Positions 11,717-23,867 of a DNA stretch of 64,000 bases are shown one piece after another; the stretch's first letter is position 1; every line of letters starts with the position of its first letter. The DNA is from Zygnema circumcarinatum SAG 698-1b. Lineage: Eukaryota > Plantae > Zygnematophyceae. The notes under the pieces were generated by a model. The model was not told the origin of the DNA and did no database searches. It saw only the letters and a program-made list of their open reading frames with translations. The position numbers and the translations under genes are program-made. Location: assembly GCA_037447605.1 (NCBI GenBank), contig CM074814.1, positions 2,356,001 through 2,420,000 of the forward strand, in the 5' to 3' direction.

Positions 11717-12339
11717 GTAGGCAAATGCTGGGCCTTTAGGATATTGCGGCAGTTGAAGGGGTCACACGATCGAATCCTGTAGAGTGCAGCTAGAAATGAG
11801 GGAGAGAAACGAGTCGAGAGGTTTGAATTCAGAATGTGTACGTGATAATGTATGTAATCTGGTGAAGAAATTAAACTGGAAGCAAAGCATGCGTGTTTAA
11901 GGTGAATGAATCACCGTACCTTCCTATTCATGATTTAATAATTATTTTCTTATACCCTCTACACAGACTCTATCGCTGTAGCCCTCGTTGCCCACCCCTC
12001 TCCCCCTTCCTTCCCCTCCCCTCAGTGGCGCGCCCGAGTTACAACAGCTACTGTCACGTCACATCGCGCGCCGCCAGGCGTGCAGCCCCATGCAGGCCGT
12101 TACAAACAGCGTCCGAGGATTCGAGATTTTCCGTACGGGTTCGGTACAGTACGGTCGTACCCGTCCTTGTCAAAAAGCGTTGACGGCCGTTATAAGGAGA
12201 GGAGATGCATCGTAAAAACGGCCGTCCTCAAAACCCTAAAAGCCCTACAAGTCCACTGTCAAGTGGAGCTGCTCAAGGATTTGGTATTGAGAGATATCCT
12301 ACTACCAATTAGGTTGAGCACATAAGAAATCAATGAGTG

Positions 12340-12500
12340 AGAGAAAAAAATATCGGCCTGCTCGGAGCGGAAGATCCGTCCGCCACGGGATCGCTCGCGG
12401 GTGTGCGCTTCTTTACACTTGCGGTGAATCTCCGCCGTCGATTCTCTCATAGATCGTACCACGGCAGATCACCGTCAGATCTGCACCCGGGCAATCACTA
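12340..12500 (+). mobile_element. Degenerate internal fragment related to the Mutator-like element at 15929-16778
   Basis: gctcggagcggaagatccgtcc..gatcgctcgcgggtgt..cagatcaccgt..gatctgca aligns to 16150-16315. Confidence 0.7.
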
Positions 12501-12898
12501 ACTAATAAAAGAGCATAACACTCAAAATTGCCCACGTGTCCCCCCAAAGGGTGTCACGCACAACGATCATTTAATCCAAAGGTCTTGGCACGTGTGAACG
12601 CTGCCTATTACCTTGTCGTCACCAATCAGAGGCCACTACTCCCTTTGGTAGGACATGAATTTGGCAGCGATGCCATTAAATGTACATGGGGAAAAACAAC
12701 AACATGCAGAACCACGAGGAATCAATCGATCACAAATGACCTGGGAGCGAAGGAAAGGCTCAGAGGGAGTCTCTGCTTCTGCGCCCACCAACAACATGGC
12801 TCCAAAAGCAGCTCCGAATGTCGCTCATGTGGCCCACATGGTCACCAACAACCCTAAAGGAGCCATTACCCGCACCATCTACTGGAGGATGGCTCACG

Positions 12899-15318
12899 TT
12901 AAGCGCGCACCCCTGACTTCTTATCCGCCGTCAAGTCGTTGAAGGTTTCTATGAACCTATCTCCATATGTCATGATGGTATAGTCCACAATTCCCTGTAC
13001 GGACCAACACATAGAGAAGTAACATGCCTCCAATAGCCGTTAGGATCTCACGAGTTATGGCTATGAACAAGGGACCTTCACACCCCCAAAACTTAAAAAA
13101 TGAGAAATAGCTTTCAATAAAATTTAGCAAGGAAAGGTTCAGCTTGAACTCCTCACCGCCATTTGTCCGTCAAAGAAAGGCTCATCGCCCTCGCCAATGA
13201 CCCCCTTGGTAGCATTCCACCATTCACTTTCGGGAGCCCACAAATGGAGGTAGTCCCTCAGCATTTTGACCTTTCGGTATTGTTCAAGAAGTGGAGCAAA
13301 AAAGCCTATTTCTCTCTCATCTGAGCAGATGTAGATTGTGGTTTCGTTGGAGACATTCCGTTGGTTTAAGACTTCCAATAGACTAACGCGTCGTGCACAC
13401 AGGAACAAATAACATCGAGATGGCACAACATAGCGTGAGACAACACACAAACAATGTGAGTACTTGTTGAACAACATATCCTTATCCAGGGTTGTTATTC
13501 TTATTGATGAAGCGATCCCTTTGCAACATAAACATAGGTGTGAGGATGAAAGTTGGAGGAGGGCCTTACTGAGGCGGCCTTGTGTCATTGTCGAGGTGCG
13601 GCCATCTCAACTCATCCTTGATTTTATCCCCTCTCCGAACGTGTATGGCGACAAAGTAGGGTTTCAAATCTTCAACAATGTTCATAGCTATGTTTGTAAG
13701 CGATGGTGCAAATTGAAAAACTTCGCACGGCCGCTTAATGTTCTACAAAAGAAAAGTTCATAGGCAACAATTAGGATTACACTTTGCCATCATGAAAACT
13801 AAACGGTCCACCTTCTTGTCAACTCTCCTTGTAATCAATGCGCATAAATTAGATCTCCCTCTCTCCCTCTCTTCCTCCTTCCCTCCGTCTCACACTCTCT
13901 GAGTAACTCCTCTCTATTCGTGTATGCATAACTGCCAAGTAAATGCAAGGGCGGTTGACTATCCTCATTAATCAATGACGATGTCAATGGCTATGTTGGT
14001 CCTGAGATCAAACCCTGCTGGAGGCGAGTTTGCTACATTCTTACCGGTTTCAGGGTACAAGTCTCAAACGCATAGTCCCAGTCATTCAGGTACTTGTACC
14101 GGATGATTGTAGCATTGCTTTGCTGAAATTCTTCAAACGAAGGGCCTCCTTTGATTGGAACATTAAAAACAGAGACGTTATTGCCGGAATGAGAAGTTTT
14201 CCATTTCCTCCAACCTTCTAGGAAAATCGGCAAGTCTATGACCGGGAAAATTCTGCATACAGTGCAAAAAAAATTTAGATTCACATCTGGATGTGTTGGA
14301 TATCTTGGAAAGCATTCGGCCGCAATCTTAGGGTTCAGGCCTCAGGGTTTGGAAGTTAGGGGTCAGAGCCTTAGGATTTGAATAGAAAGTTTGCGCTTCA
14401 AAGTGTTTTAAAATTTTGACCGGGCGCGAGGCGATTAGGCCTTCAACGTTGCTGATATCAACAGATTAGGCCTTAATAGTATGAATCCTACACTATATGC
14501 ATGCATTGCAAGTCCAAAGTTCGCACGTACTCGCGCATGGTCGTAACGTCGAAGTACAACTCGACCTTCTTGATAAGAGTTTTCCCGTCGTTGTGCTTTC
14601 CAGGGACTCCAAATGCCGTGTCGAGAACAAGGATGCGGCGCAAGAGGAGCGCCTCTCCCGCCATGCAGCGCAGGCTCCACGCGCGGTGGCTCACTCCCAC
14701 CATGAAGTCGTTGCCATGGCGCGGATAGTAAAGGTACAGTTGCGAGGGGTCGAAAACGCGCTCGCCGAGGCCGGTCCGCCATGGAAGGGGAGGGAGGGAG
14801 GGAGGGGGAGGAGGGAGACAAGAGAAGCGGTTGTAGTGAGGGGAAGGGGTAGAGGAATGAGGAGGAAAAGGAGAAGAGGAAGGAGAAGGTGAAGGAGGTG
14901 GGGGAAACGGAGAGGGGGAAGGAGGAGGACGGGATGGAGGAAAAGGAGAAGGCGGGGAAGGATAACTGGATGGGAAAGGGGAAGACGAGAGAGAAGGAAG
15001 GGATGGACGTGACCAAGGTGTAGATGGAGAGGAAGGAGGAGGAGAAGAAGAGAGAGACCAAGGAAACATACGGAAGTTGAAAAAAACCGGAGCAGTAGAT
15101 AGTGGGGAAAAAAATGAAGGCTTCAACCAAGCTTGAGGGCTTCCTCTCTGTGACTCCCCCGCCCTTAGGAGCGGCCGCGGGGACTGATATAATCCGAGCG
15201 CGATAAAACCCGTGGCGATCAGTAGTACGCCAATCGTCCACTGCATGCACCGACGGGATGAGGCTGTTGCAAATAAGACATTCTTCTCCTTCGTCGCCTT
15301 GTTCTTGCTTTCTTCCAT
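12899..15318 (-). CDS. SUB1/At4g12700-like putative O-fucosyltransferase-fold type II membrane protein, copy B (5 exons, intact)
   Basis: N-terminal TM segment and Pro/Ser stem, then HRAWSLRCMAGEALLLRRILVLD..LYFD | IFPVIDLPIFLEGW..YAFETC | AIHVRRGDK..WPHLDNDTRP | IYICSDEREIGFFAPL..HLWAPESEWW..FDGQMA | GIVDY..IETFNDLTADKKSG. Splice phases are consistent; stop TAA at 12901-12899. Confidence 0.82.
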
Positions 15319-15928
15319 GTAGGAAAATGCTGGGACTTTAGAATATTGCGGCAGTTGAAGGGGTCACACGATCGAACCTGTAGAGTGCAGCTAGAAATGA
15401 GCGAGAGAACCGAGACGTAAGGTTCGAATTCAGAATGGGAACGTGCTAATGTATGGAATCTGGTGAGGAAATTAAACGGGCAGCAAATCATGAGTGTTTA
15501 AGATGAATGAATCAGTGTACCTTCCTTTTCATAGGGTTTTTTACGCCAATCGTCCACTGTATGCACCGCCGGGATTAGGCTGCCATGCAGGCCCTGCGGA
15601 GCCTCTAGGAAAGTGAAGCCGTTGAAGAACACATTGTGAACAATGGGAAATGAAAGAGGGAGAGAGAGAGCCCAAGCCAGGGAGGAGGAGGGCGGCGGCA
15701 GAGGGAAGGAGGGAGGGAGGGATGGAGGGAGGGAGGGAGGGAGGGGCCGCTCGGAAACCACGAGGAGGGCGGGCGGCTCAGAGGCGGGGGGTGGACAAGG
15801 GCCCGTACGGACCGCACAGACGGTACAAACGTGTACAGTACGAGCCGCGGCTGGCCGTACAGTAAGCACGCCTAAAATATTTTCGCCATGGTTTCGGGCG
15901 AATCTTGGAATTTGCAAATATAAGGAAG

Positions 15929-16778
15929 GGGTAGTGATATTTCCACCCCTTTTTTGGATCCAAACACCCCTTCCCGGCCGGGCAGATTTCAAAAGGGATT
16001 AAAAACAGAAAATGCTTTTCTCACACCGTTTTGGAATCGATACCCACCTTCGTCCGTCGGCTGATTTTATTTTTGCTAACCAAGGAAAATGATACCCCGT
16101 CACCGCATTTTGAATACTGTATCCCGCCTCCCTGATTTGTTTTTTTGAGGGAAAGAAATATCTGCCTGCCCGAATCCGCTCGGAGCGGAAGATCCGTCCT
16201 CCACGAGATCGTTCGCGGGTGTCCGTCCTTCACACGTGTGTGTCAATCGCAGCTGTCGATTCCCTCGTAGATCGCACCACTGCAGATCACCGTTCGATCT
16301 GCAGCCGGGCTCGATCTCAGTGAATGGATAGCGCCCACGAGTCCCGTCAAAGCCGGAAAATTTTGATTGTTCCAAGGTCTCAATGTACGAAATTCTGGGT
16401 TCCTCACGTTGCGACCGTACGACATTTGTACGGACAAACTTTTGAGACGACTTTGGCGGGGTACGTGGGCACTTGCCATTCGCTGTGACCGAGCCCGGCT
16501 GCAGATCAAATAGTGATCTGCCGAGTTGCGATCTGCGAGGGAATCGACGGCTGCGATGACCGCACGCGTGAAAAAAAATTCAGGTAGGCGGGATATTCAA
16601 AATGGGTTGACGGGTTATCATTTTCCTTGTTTCGCGAAAATAAAATCTGCCGATGGATGGTGGGTATCGATTCCAAAAAGGTGTGAAAAAAGCATTTTCC
16701 CTTTTTAATCCTTTTTGAAATCTGCCCGGCCGGGAAGGGGTGTTTGGATCCAAAAAAGGGGTGGAAATATCACTACCC
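15929..16778. mobile_element. Non-autonomous Mutator-like (MULE) element with long TIRs and a 9-bp TSD
   Basis: Ends read GGGTAGTGATATTTCCACCCC...GGGGTGGAAATATCACTACCC with more than 200 bp of imperfect inverted repeat. It is flanked by a perfect ATAAGGAAG duplication (15920-15928, 16779-16787) and has no transposase ORF. Confidence 0.9.
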
Positions 16779-17441
16779 ATAAGGAAGTCCGTGTTAACAA
16801 TAAATAGGCGGGCGGTATTATGTGGCCGTACTGTTTTTCTCTGTACGGAAGCACATGGCTGCCCGGCGGGCCCTGTCGCGAGCTCCTATTCGTACCGTAC
16901 ATTTAGCTTCACGAGCTCCTATTGGTGCCGTACACATACCGTACGATTTAGAGGTTTTATCCGGACTGACCGTACAGAGAAATAGCTTGACCCATGTTCG
17001 AAGCCCGTTTCGATTAACAGATTTTGTATTGAAAAATAGGTCATGTTTGTCGTATCCTGTGGTCGGCCGCAGCGGCGATCTCCCGATTTATTGGCGACTT
17101 GCCGATAAATTTGCGATATTTGTACCATGTCCGTACAATACCCGTACGATAGTCAGTACAATGTACTATTGTGCAACCATCCGCATTGCAAACATGGCAC
17201 TGAATTTCTAGGGATCCTTTGTTGTTGTGCATTTCATGCGCATGGTGCATCATCTATGGATGTGAGGATGGTTCTGACCCGAAATGTTGTATCTAAAAGG
17301 AGAAATGTCTGACTTCAAGTACAGTCATGTTACTCAAAAGAATCTCTCCCCACGTGGTGGTAGCGCCGCCTTCCGTTTTGTCGCCACGCGCGCTTCACAC
17401 GTGCGGTGAGGCGCTCGCACGTGCGTGACGCGCATGGCGAC

Positions 17442-17817
17442 TAGGGATGGATTAATTACGACTATATAATATAATTATATTATACAACTGTGACGACTAG
17501 ATAACGGCTGATATATATTACTTTACAACGCCTTTACAACATGTACGGTCGGACGGTCGTATGGTACGACTGTACGGTCGAGCACGAGCAGACAGTGAAC
17601 CAGACGGACGCATTTCGCAACGCCGACGCCAAAACGACCTAATTTTGGTATGGTACGACCGTACGACCGTATGAGTACGGTCCTACGGTCGTTAATTGTT
17701 CAAAACGAGTGGGTATAATATATATAATAAAATCTTTTACTTTATAATATATTACTACTTTAAAACCCGTTGTAAAGTATATAATGTATTCGGAATTTAT
17801 AACGCGGGCCATCCCTA
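17442..17817. mobile_element. hAT-like MITE (TAGGGATGG...CCATCCCTA termini)
   Basis: 9-bp TIR resembling Ac/Ds TAGGGATGAAA, with AT-rich inverted subterminal segments and internal GTACG repeats. No clean 8-bp TSD. Confidence 0.55.
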
Positions 17818-18046
17818 CTCCCCACGTGGTGGTAGCGCCAAACGACAAGGGATTATATGGCTTTGACTTTGAGAGTGGTCCGAAGTGCGGGTTGACTTTT
17901 GGCGCCTGCCTTTAAGAAGCACTTGCCTCTTGTACCGTCGTAGAAAACGGAACTGAGACATGAGGGGTTGGTGCATGGAGACTGTCTATTGGTTGAAGTT
18001 TGCATAGAATGGACGGTCACACAATGTCGTCCACAAAGGGCATCAA

Positions 18047-18388
18047 GGGTTTAGGTGAAGGGTTTAGGGTTAAGGATTAGGGTTTAGGGTTTAGAGGTTG
18101 GGGTTTAAGGTGTAGGTTTGAAGGGTTGGGGTTTCGGGTTTAGGGGTAGGTGTTTAGGGTTTAGGGGTTAAGGTTTAGGGTTTAGGGGTTAAGGTTTAGG
18201 GTTTAGAGGGTTGGGGTTTAGGCTTGAGGGGTTGGAGTGTAGGGATTAAGGTTTAGGGTTTAGGGTTTAGGGTTTAAGGTTTAGGGGTTTAGGTGTTAGG
18301 GTTGGGGTTTAGGAGTTGAGGTTTAGGCTTGGATTGGGGTTTATGGCTAAGAATTTAGGCATTGGGGTTTAGGGTTTAGGGCCTAGGG
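18047..18388 (+). repeat. Degenerate interstitial telomere-like array, mostly TTTAGGG type
   Basis: Repeated GGGTTTA / TTTAGGG with variants. Confidence 0.85.
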
Positions 18389-18916
18389 TTCTTGAACGAT
18401 GCGAGCAGAGCATCCTCCAAGGAGGCATGCAATGCAGACTGCATGCACCACTACAGGACCAATCAGATCCAAATGGCGGACAGAACATGCGAAGTAGTTT
18501 TGTATTACAAAAAAAAGAGGCGAACGATGAAGCATGTACTAAAATTTTTGGAGCTTGTTCAAAAGACCCCCCCCCCCTCCCCTCCCACCACGAAACAGAA
18601 AACATAAAGTGAAGAAGCAAGCTGAAGAGCATTTAGTATTTGCATGTTGGCACATTCTGTGAGATCGTCATGTGAGCAGACATACTTCGGGACTTTAAAA
18701 TTCATTCTACTCCTAAGGACTGCTTATGAGGGTAGACCTGTGCTTGAGATTCGTAGCTGATTCCTGTCACTTTTATGTGGAAACAATCTTTAAGTTGTGT
18801 GGTTAGACTTGCCGTCATCAAACTCCTTGTTGTCGCTGCCACCTTTATTCCATTCATTTGGTTCATTTCACTCCCTATTTGATTTAATTTCTTCGCTTCA
18901 ACCCTCCTGTTTGCAG

Positions 18917-19714
18917 GTGATTGTCAGCGCGAAACGCCCTGGTCAGCGTCCTAAGAGCATGAAGTTTAACGACGGGTACATGATTTCTTCAGGGAAAGGG
19001 CCCGTGAAAGACTACGTCGAGAGCACTGTTAGGCACGTTCTTCCTTCGGTAAGGCTTTTCTGACGCAGTTGAACATTTATGAGGCTAAGCATTGCTAAGC
19101 GGTAGTTTAGGTCTGGACATTCCCTCAATCTATTCCCTCGAGATGCCATTTCTAATGTTTTTTTAAAACTGGCATGAGCGGCAATGTTGCTTGTCGATGA
19201 CTCTGAATTGACCTAGAATATGGAAGGGCGTAGTTGAGAGAATCTAGGGTTCCTCGAATGGTAGAAATAGCCAGTGGGAATGTGTCTTTAAGAAGCTGGG
19301 ACAGGAACAAGATTAGCATCATAAGTGAAGGCAGTATTCTGCCATGACCACCGATATACTTATTCTCTAGAGTTGATTAATAGCCGTTAGTTGCTTCTGG
19401 TGGTTTCCTTTTCCTTCTGCCAAGTTGTGAAACCCAGTGCTGTCCGTGGAGGGTGACAATTGAATTGCTAAAACAAACAAGAGGAAGAAACCGCCGAGTT
19501 CACGTGTTGTAGTTTATATGAAATTGATCAAAATTGGTTGTTATCGTTTTGTGCGCAGGGTGTTCTTGAAATCAAGGTGAAGAGCATGCTTCTTCGCGAT
19601 CCTTCCGTCAAAAAGCGTGCCACAAAGCCCTTGCCGGAGCAGGTCACCATCCACACGCCCAAGGAGGAGGATGAGACGGCTTTGCAGCCTTATATTGGAA
19701 AGGAGTTCGATTAG
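18917..19714 (+). pseudogene. RPS3: Divergent 40S ribosomal protein S3 (uS3) C-terminal half; exons 18917-19048 and 19559-19714; pseudogene or divergent paralog
   Basis: [41 protein letters not shown]|GVLEIKVKSML..PLPEQVTIHTPKEE aligns with plant RPS3 [46 protein letters not shown]. No intact N-terminal exons were found; a weak remnant RTNQIQMADRTCEV..LVQK lies at about 18450-18565. Confidence 0.8.
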
Positions 19715-19910
19715 AGGGCAACAAGATGGCACAAGTTTTTCACTCTGTAGGATAACCCTTGTGCTGAGCCAGGGCCCCTGTTCACTCGATGCGATGTTGT
19801 TCTGTGAACGTAATGCAATTCTCGTCATGGGTCCGTTTCCCCTTGAGCAGTTCGGCATCCTGTTTGCATGAGGCAATCATCACAGCCGGCTGTCCAGGAG
19901 TGATGGATGA

Positions 19911-22539
19911 CTAGCGGACGCCTCCGAGCGGGTCCGCCGTCAAGTTGTTGAAGGTCTCGATGAGGAGGGAGGCGCGGGACATAACGCCGTAGTCCACGAG
20001 GCCCTGCACAAGGACAGACAGACAGGCAGACAGAGAGACGGGCGGGCGGGCACGTCAGAGGGTTGGGTGTTTGGAGAGGGAGGGAGAGGGAGGAGGAGGG
20101 GAGGAGGGGGAGGAGGGGGAGGAGGGGGAGGAGGGAGAGGGAGAGGGAGAGGGATAGGGAGGAGGGTGAGGAGGGAGAGGGAGACGGAGGAGGTTGAGAA
20201 GGGAGATGGAGGGTGAGGAGGAGGGAGAGGGAGAGGGGGAGGGTGAAGTGGAGGAGGGCGAGGGAGAGAAAGAGGAGGGTTTACTAGCAGAATCTTACAC
20301 AACCAGGGATCCAAGATTTTAGTTAAGGGGGGGGCTGAGATCCAAGATTCTCGTTAGGGTTTTCAAAATCTGAGGGGGAGCTAAGCCTCCAAAAGACAAC
20401 CATGGATCCGCCACGGTATACAACCCAAATAAAAAAGCATACAACCCGTATGACAGGACCATCTCTGACAGGAGGTTCTGGGCCATCTACGAACCCCCCT
20501 GCGGACGATCATTAAAGGAAGAAACTGAAAGAAAAAGAAAGAAAGAAAGAAAGAAAGTTTTCGATTTAGAAAGAAACTGACACTCTTACCGCCATGAGTC
20601 CGTCAAAGTTGGGAGTCTCTCCTTTTCGAGCACTCCTCTGCGAATCCTTCCACCACTCGCTTTGAGGGGCCCACAAGTGGGTGTAGTTGCTCAACATTTT
20701 GATGTGCGGATAGCGACTCAGAAGGGGAGAAAAGAACCCTTTTCGTCTCTCGTTCGTGCCAATGTAAAGGGTTGTCTCGCGGGAGACGTTCCATTGCTTC
20801 AATACTTCCAATAGACTGAAATTTATGCGCATGGTAGCAGCAGGGGTATGTATCAATTAGTGAACTTTCGATGGAAAGATTCTCCGATGCACCCTTCATA
20901 AATGGAAATTTAAACTTTTGTAAGGCCCAAATCAACAAATTAGGGTTAGGGTTCAGGTTAGGGTTAGGGTTAGGGTTAGGGTTAGGGTTAGAGTTGGGGT
21001 TAGGGTTAGGGTTAGGGTTTCAGGGCTTACTGAGGAGGGCGAGTGTCTTTATCAAGGTGTGGCCATTTCCTTTTATTCCATACTTTGTCTCCGCGTCGAA
21101 CATGTATTGCAGCAAAACATGGCGGCAAATCTTTCACAATTTCGTCGATTATTTTCTGAAGGGAACGGCAAGGTTGAAACATATCTTTCTGCAACTCAAT
21201 TTCCTGCATCAAGAGCAAAGGGAGAGGGAAAAAAGGAGGTTAAAATCCTGCACTTGTTGGGAGAAGGAAAGAGTGGAAAGCACATAACTTGCAATTTTTT
21301 TTGGAATTTTGATAACTGCGTAACAATAATAACAATGTTTTTAATGCAGGTCAAAATAACTGCTTTCACAATACAAGTCTGAAACTGACAGTATTGCGAA
21401 AAAGTAAGCGGTGCTTCTCACCTTATTTTGTTTACAAGTCTCAAAAGCGTAGTCCCATCTATTTGTATAGCGACGATGAACAATTGCGGCTTTGCTTTTT
21501 TTAACTTCTTTCAAAGGAGGTCCTCCCTTAATTGCAACATTGAAGACCGAGACCTTCTTTCCTTTATGGGCGGCATCCCATGCACGCCAACCCTTCAAGA
21601 AAACAGCCATTGCAATTATGGGAACAGTTCTGCATAGAGTTTAAGAATCAAGATCGAAATTCCGTCAAATAAGTCCTCAGCTTCCATCGAAGAAAAGACA
21701 TTCGAAAGCTCAGTTGTGAATGTGAAGTTTTTGAAGCTCTCTGAAAGACGCACCTCCGGATGTGCTCCATGTCAAAGACTTGCTCAGACTTTTTAATTTG
21801 AGTGTGCCCTCCATTGTGCACTCCCGGGACCCCAAATTCCATGTCAAGGACGAGGATGCGGCGAAGGAGGAGTGCCTCTCCAGCCATGCAGCCGAAGCTC
21901 ACTCGATGGTGGCTCATTCCCACCATGAAATCATTCCAATTCCGATCATAGAACAGGTAGCGCTCCGTAGGATCAAAGGACGACTCGCCCTTCCCACTGC
22001 GCCAAGGGAGGGGTGGTGGAGAAGGAAGGGAGGGAGAAGGGGAGGGAGGAGAACATGGTTGCAGAGAGGGAGAGGGGGAGGGAGAGGGAGAGGGAGTGGG
22101 AGAGGGAGAGGGAGGNNNNNNNNNNAGAGGGAGAGGGAGAGGGAGAGTGAGAGGGAGAGGGAGAGGGAGAGGGAGCGGGAGAGGGAGAGGGAGAGGGAGA
22201 GGGAGAGGAAGAAAGAGAGGGAGAGGGAGCTGTAGCGTGCCCCCCCAGGGTTAAACCCTCGCCACGCGCTGCTCCTTTTGATCCTTCAGCTTTTGCTCTC
22301 TCCCAGATCCCTCTCTCAGCATCTCCTTGTCCCTCCTGCACCACCGTTTTCTCATCCTCTCTACACCTTGCTACAAGGCGCTCCCTTTCACCTTCAAGGA
22401 GGAAACTTTCGTGCAGGAGCTCACAGATCTGCTTGCCCTCAAAGAGGGAGAGGAATGGGCGGTAGAGCCACAAGAGGAGGAACGTGGCAGTGACGACGAC
22501 GACCGACGAAAGGTGTGCAGAGCGAGAATGGCAAGGCAT
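19911..22539 (-). CDS. SUB1/At4g12700-like putative O-fucosyltransferase-fold protein, copy C (5 exons; 10-N gap in the SP-rich stem)
   Basis: MPCHS..VVVVTATFLLLWLY TM segment and (SP)n stem, then RYLFY..HHRVSFGCMAGEALLLRRILVLD | FLKGWRAW..YAFETC | AAIHVRRGDKVWNKRKWPHLDKDTRP | LYIGTNERRKGFFSPL..HLWAPQSEWW..FDGLMA | GLVDY..IETFNNLTADPLGGVR-TAG. Intron positions match copy B. Confidence 0.8.
20304..20416. mobile_element. Short hAT-type MITE remnant in an intron of copy C
   Basis: Termini CAGGGATCC...GGATCCGCCACGG, flanked by TACACAAC / TATACAAC (8 bp, one mismatch). Confidence 0.45.
20940..21025 (+). repeat. Intronic (TTAGGG)n telomere-type tract
   Basis: Near-perfect hexamer TTAGGG run starting just inside the intron donor of copy C. 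Confidence 0.9.
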
Positions 22540-23215
22540 GGGGATGCTCGCATGGAGGGAGGGAGGGAGGGAAAGTGACACACACAAGGTATCGACGTAT
22601 GGCTTCTGGCCTCTTAAGGCCTTCACAGCAATAGCAGTCCTCTGTTGATAGTGGCTTGCCGTGTGTCTTTTTGAATGAATGTAACCTAAGTGCTGCACTA
22701 AGTTATGTTTGGCATTGCTTTAGCAGGGACCTTCTTGAACTCTTCAAATGGTCGGTCCAGCACCAGGGTGGGAAGATCAGCCAGTGGGAATGAGAACGCC
22801 GTCCCCCATCGAATTCAGCACAGCACTCATATTCAACGAATATGCCACAGAGGATCATGTGATCTGAATGCTCATTTCAATGGCCCTCTCCAGTCCTCGC
22901 TCCCTCCCTCCCTCCCTTCTCCCTCCCTCAGCTCTTTTTCTTTTTCTTTTCTTTTTCTTTTTTTGAAGTCGGTCAGATCGCTATTAGGTTCCCATGTGTT
23001 CTGCCAGCCCCATGGCCCCACCGCTTCACGAGAAATGCTCGCCTGGACCCCCGACCTTTGAGGGTCACAGCATCGCGGCGACCCGAGGCAACTTTCATCT
23101 CACGTTTTGCCTTCTGTCATAATAAGAGACGGGGAAGGGTGGACCCTCCGCTCACTACGCCAAGCCTTCAGCATGCTTTATATGAAAGATTAGGTGTGCA
23201 TTCATGGATGGTTGA

Positions 23216-23450
23216 CAATCATTGGCAATGGTTGTCTGGTTCACCATTACCAATGGTGGTCAACGATTGGATTCAATGGTTTCTAGCCATTGGCAACCAC
23301 TGGAGCCAATCATTGGCAATGGTTGTCTGTGTCACCATCACCAATGGTTGTTAACGATTGAAGTGAATGGCTTCCAACCATTGGCAACTACTACTGCTGG
23401 CAATCATTGGCAACGATTGGCTGGGTCTATCATTCGATGGTTGCGACCAT
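23216..23450. repeat. ~92-bp tandem repeat, about 2.4 copies
   Basis: CAATCATTGGCAA-headed units start at 23216, 23307 and 23401. Confidence 0.75.
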
Positions 23451-23867
23451 TGCGCATGGTTCAAAGCCATGCTGTTATGTCGATGTGCACATTGACAGCC
23501 TGAAACTATTGCAAATCAAAACTATGGCAATGTTTGGATCTCCGGGATGACGTTCAATACAAAACATGCACGTACCTTTTTCATTGTTTAGAGAGTCTGA
23601 CGAGGTAGGACTCTGGAACTTTGAAAGGACCAACAGAGAAATCAGAGAGGTTTCACATAACAATGTTGAGATCGGAGCATGTTCTGCTCTAAAAAAATGG
23701 TCACAATTCATATCTAAAATTTGACTATCGCGCTGTTTCCTATCGATCCGAACAAATCACTTGAAGAATCTAACCACACTTGCTACTTTTGCCGTTTTTC
23801 TTTTACGTTCCAATCTTCCTACATACAGAATAATTAAAATTTCTTCTGTACCAACCGGTAGCCAATT

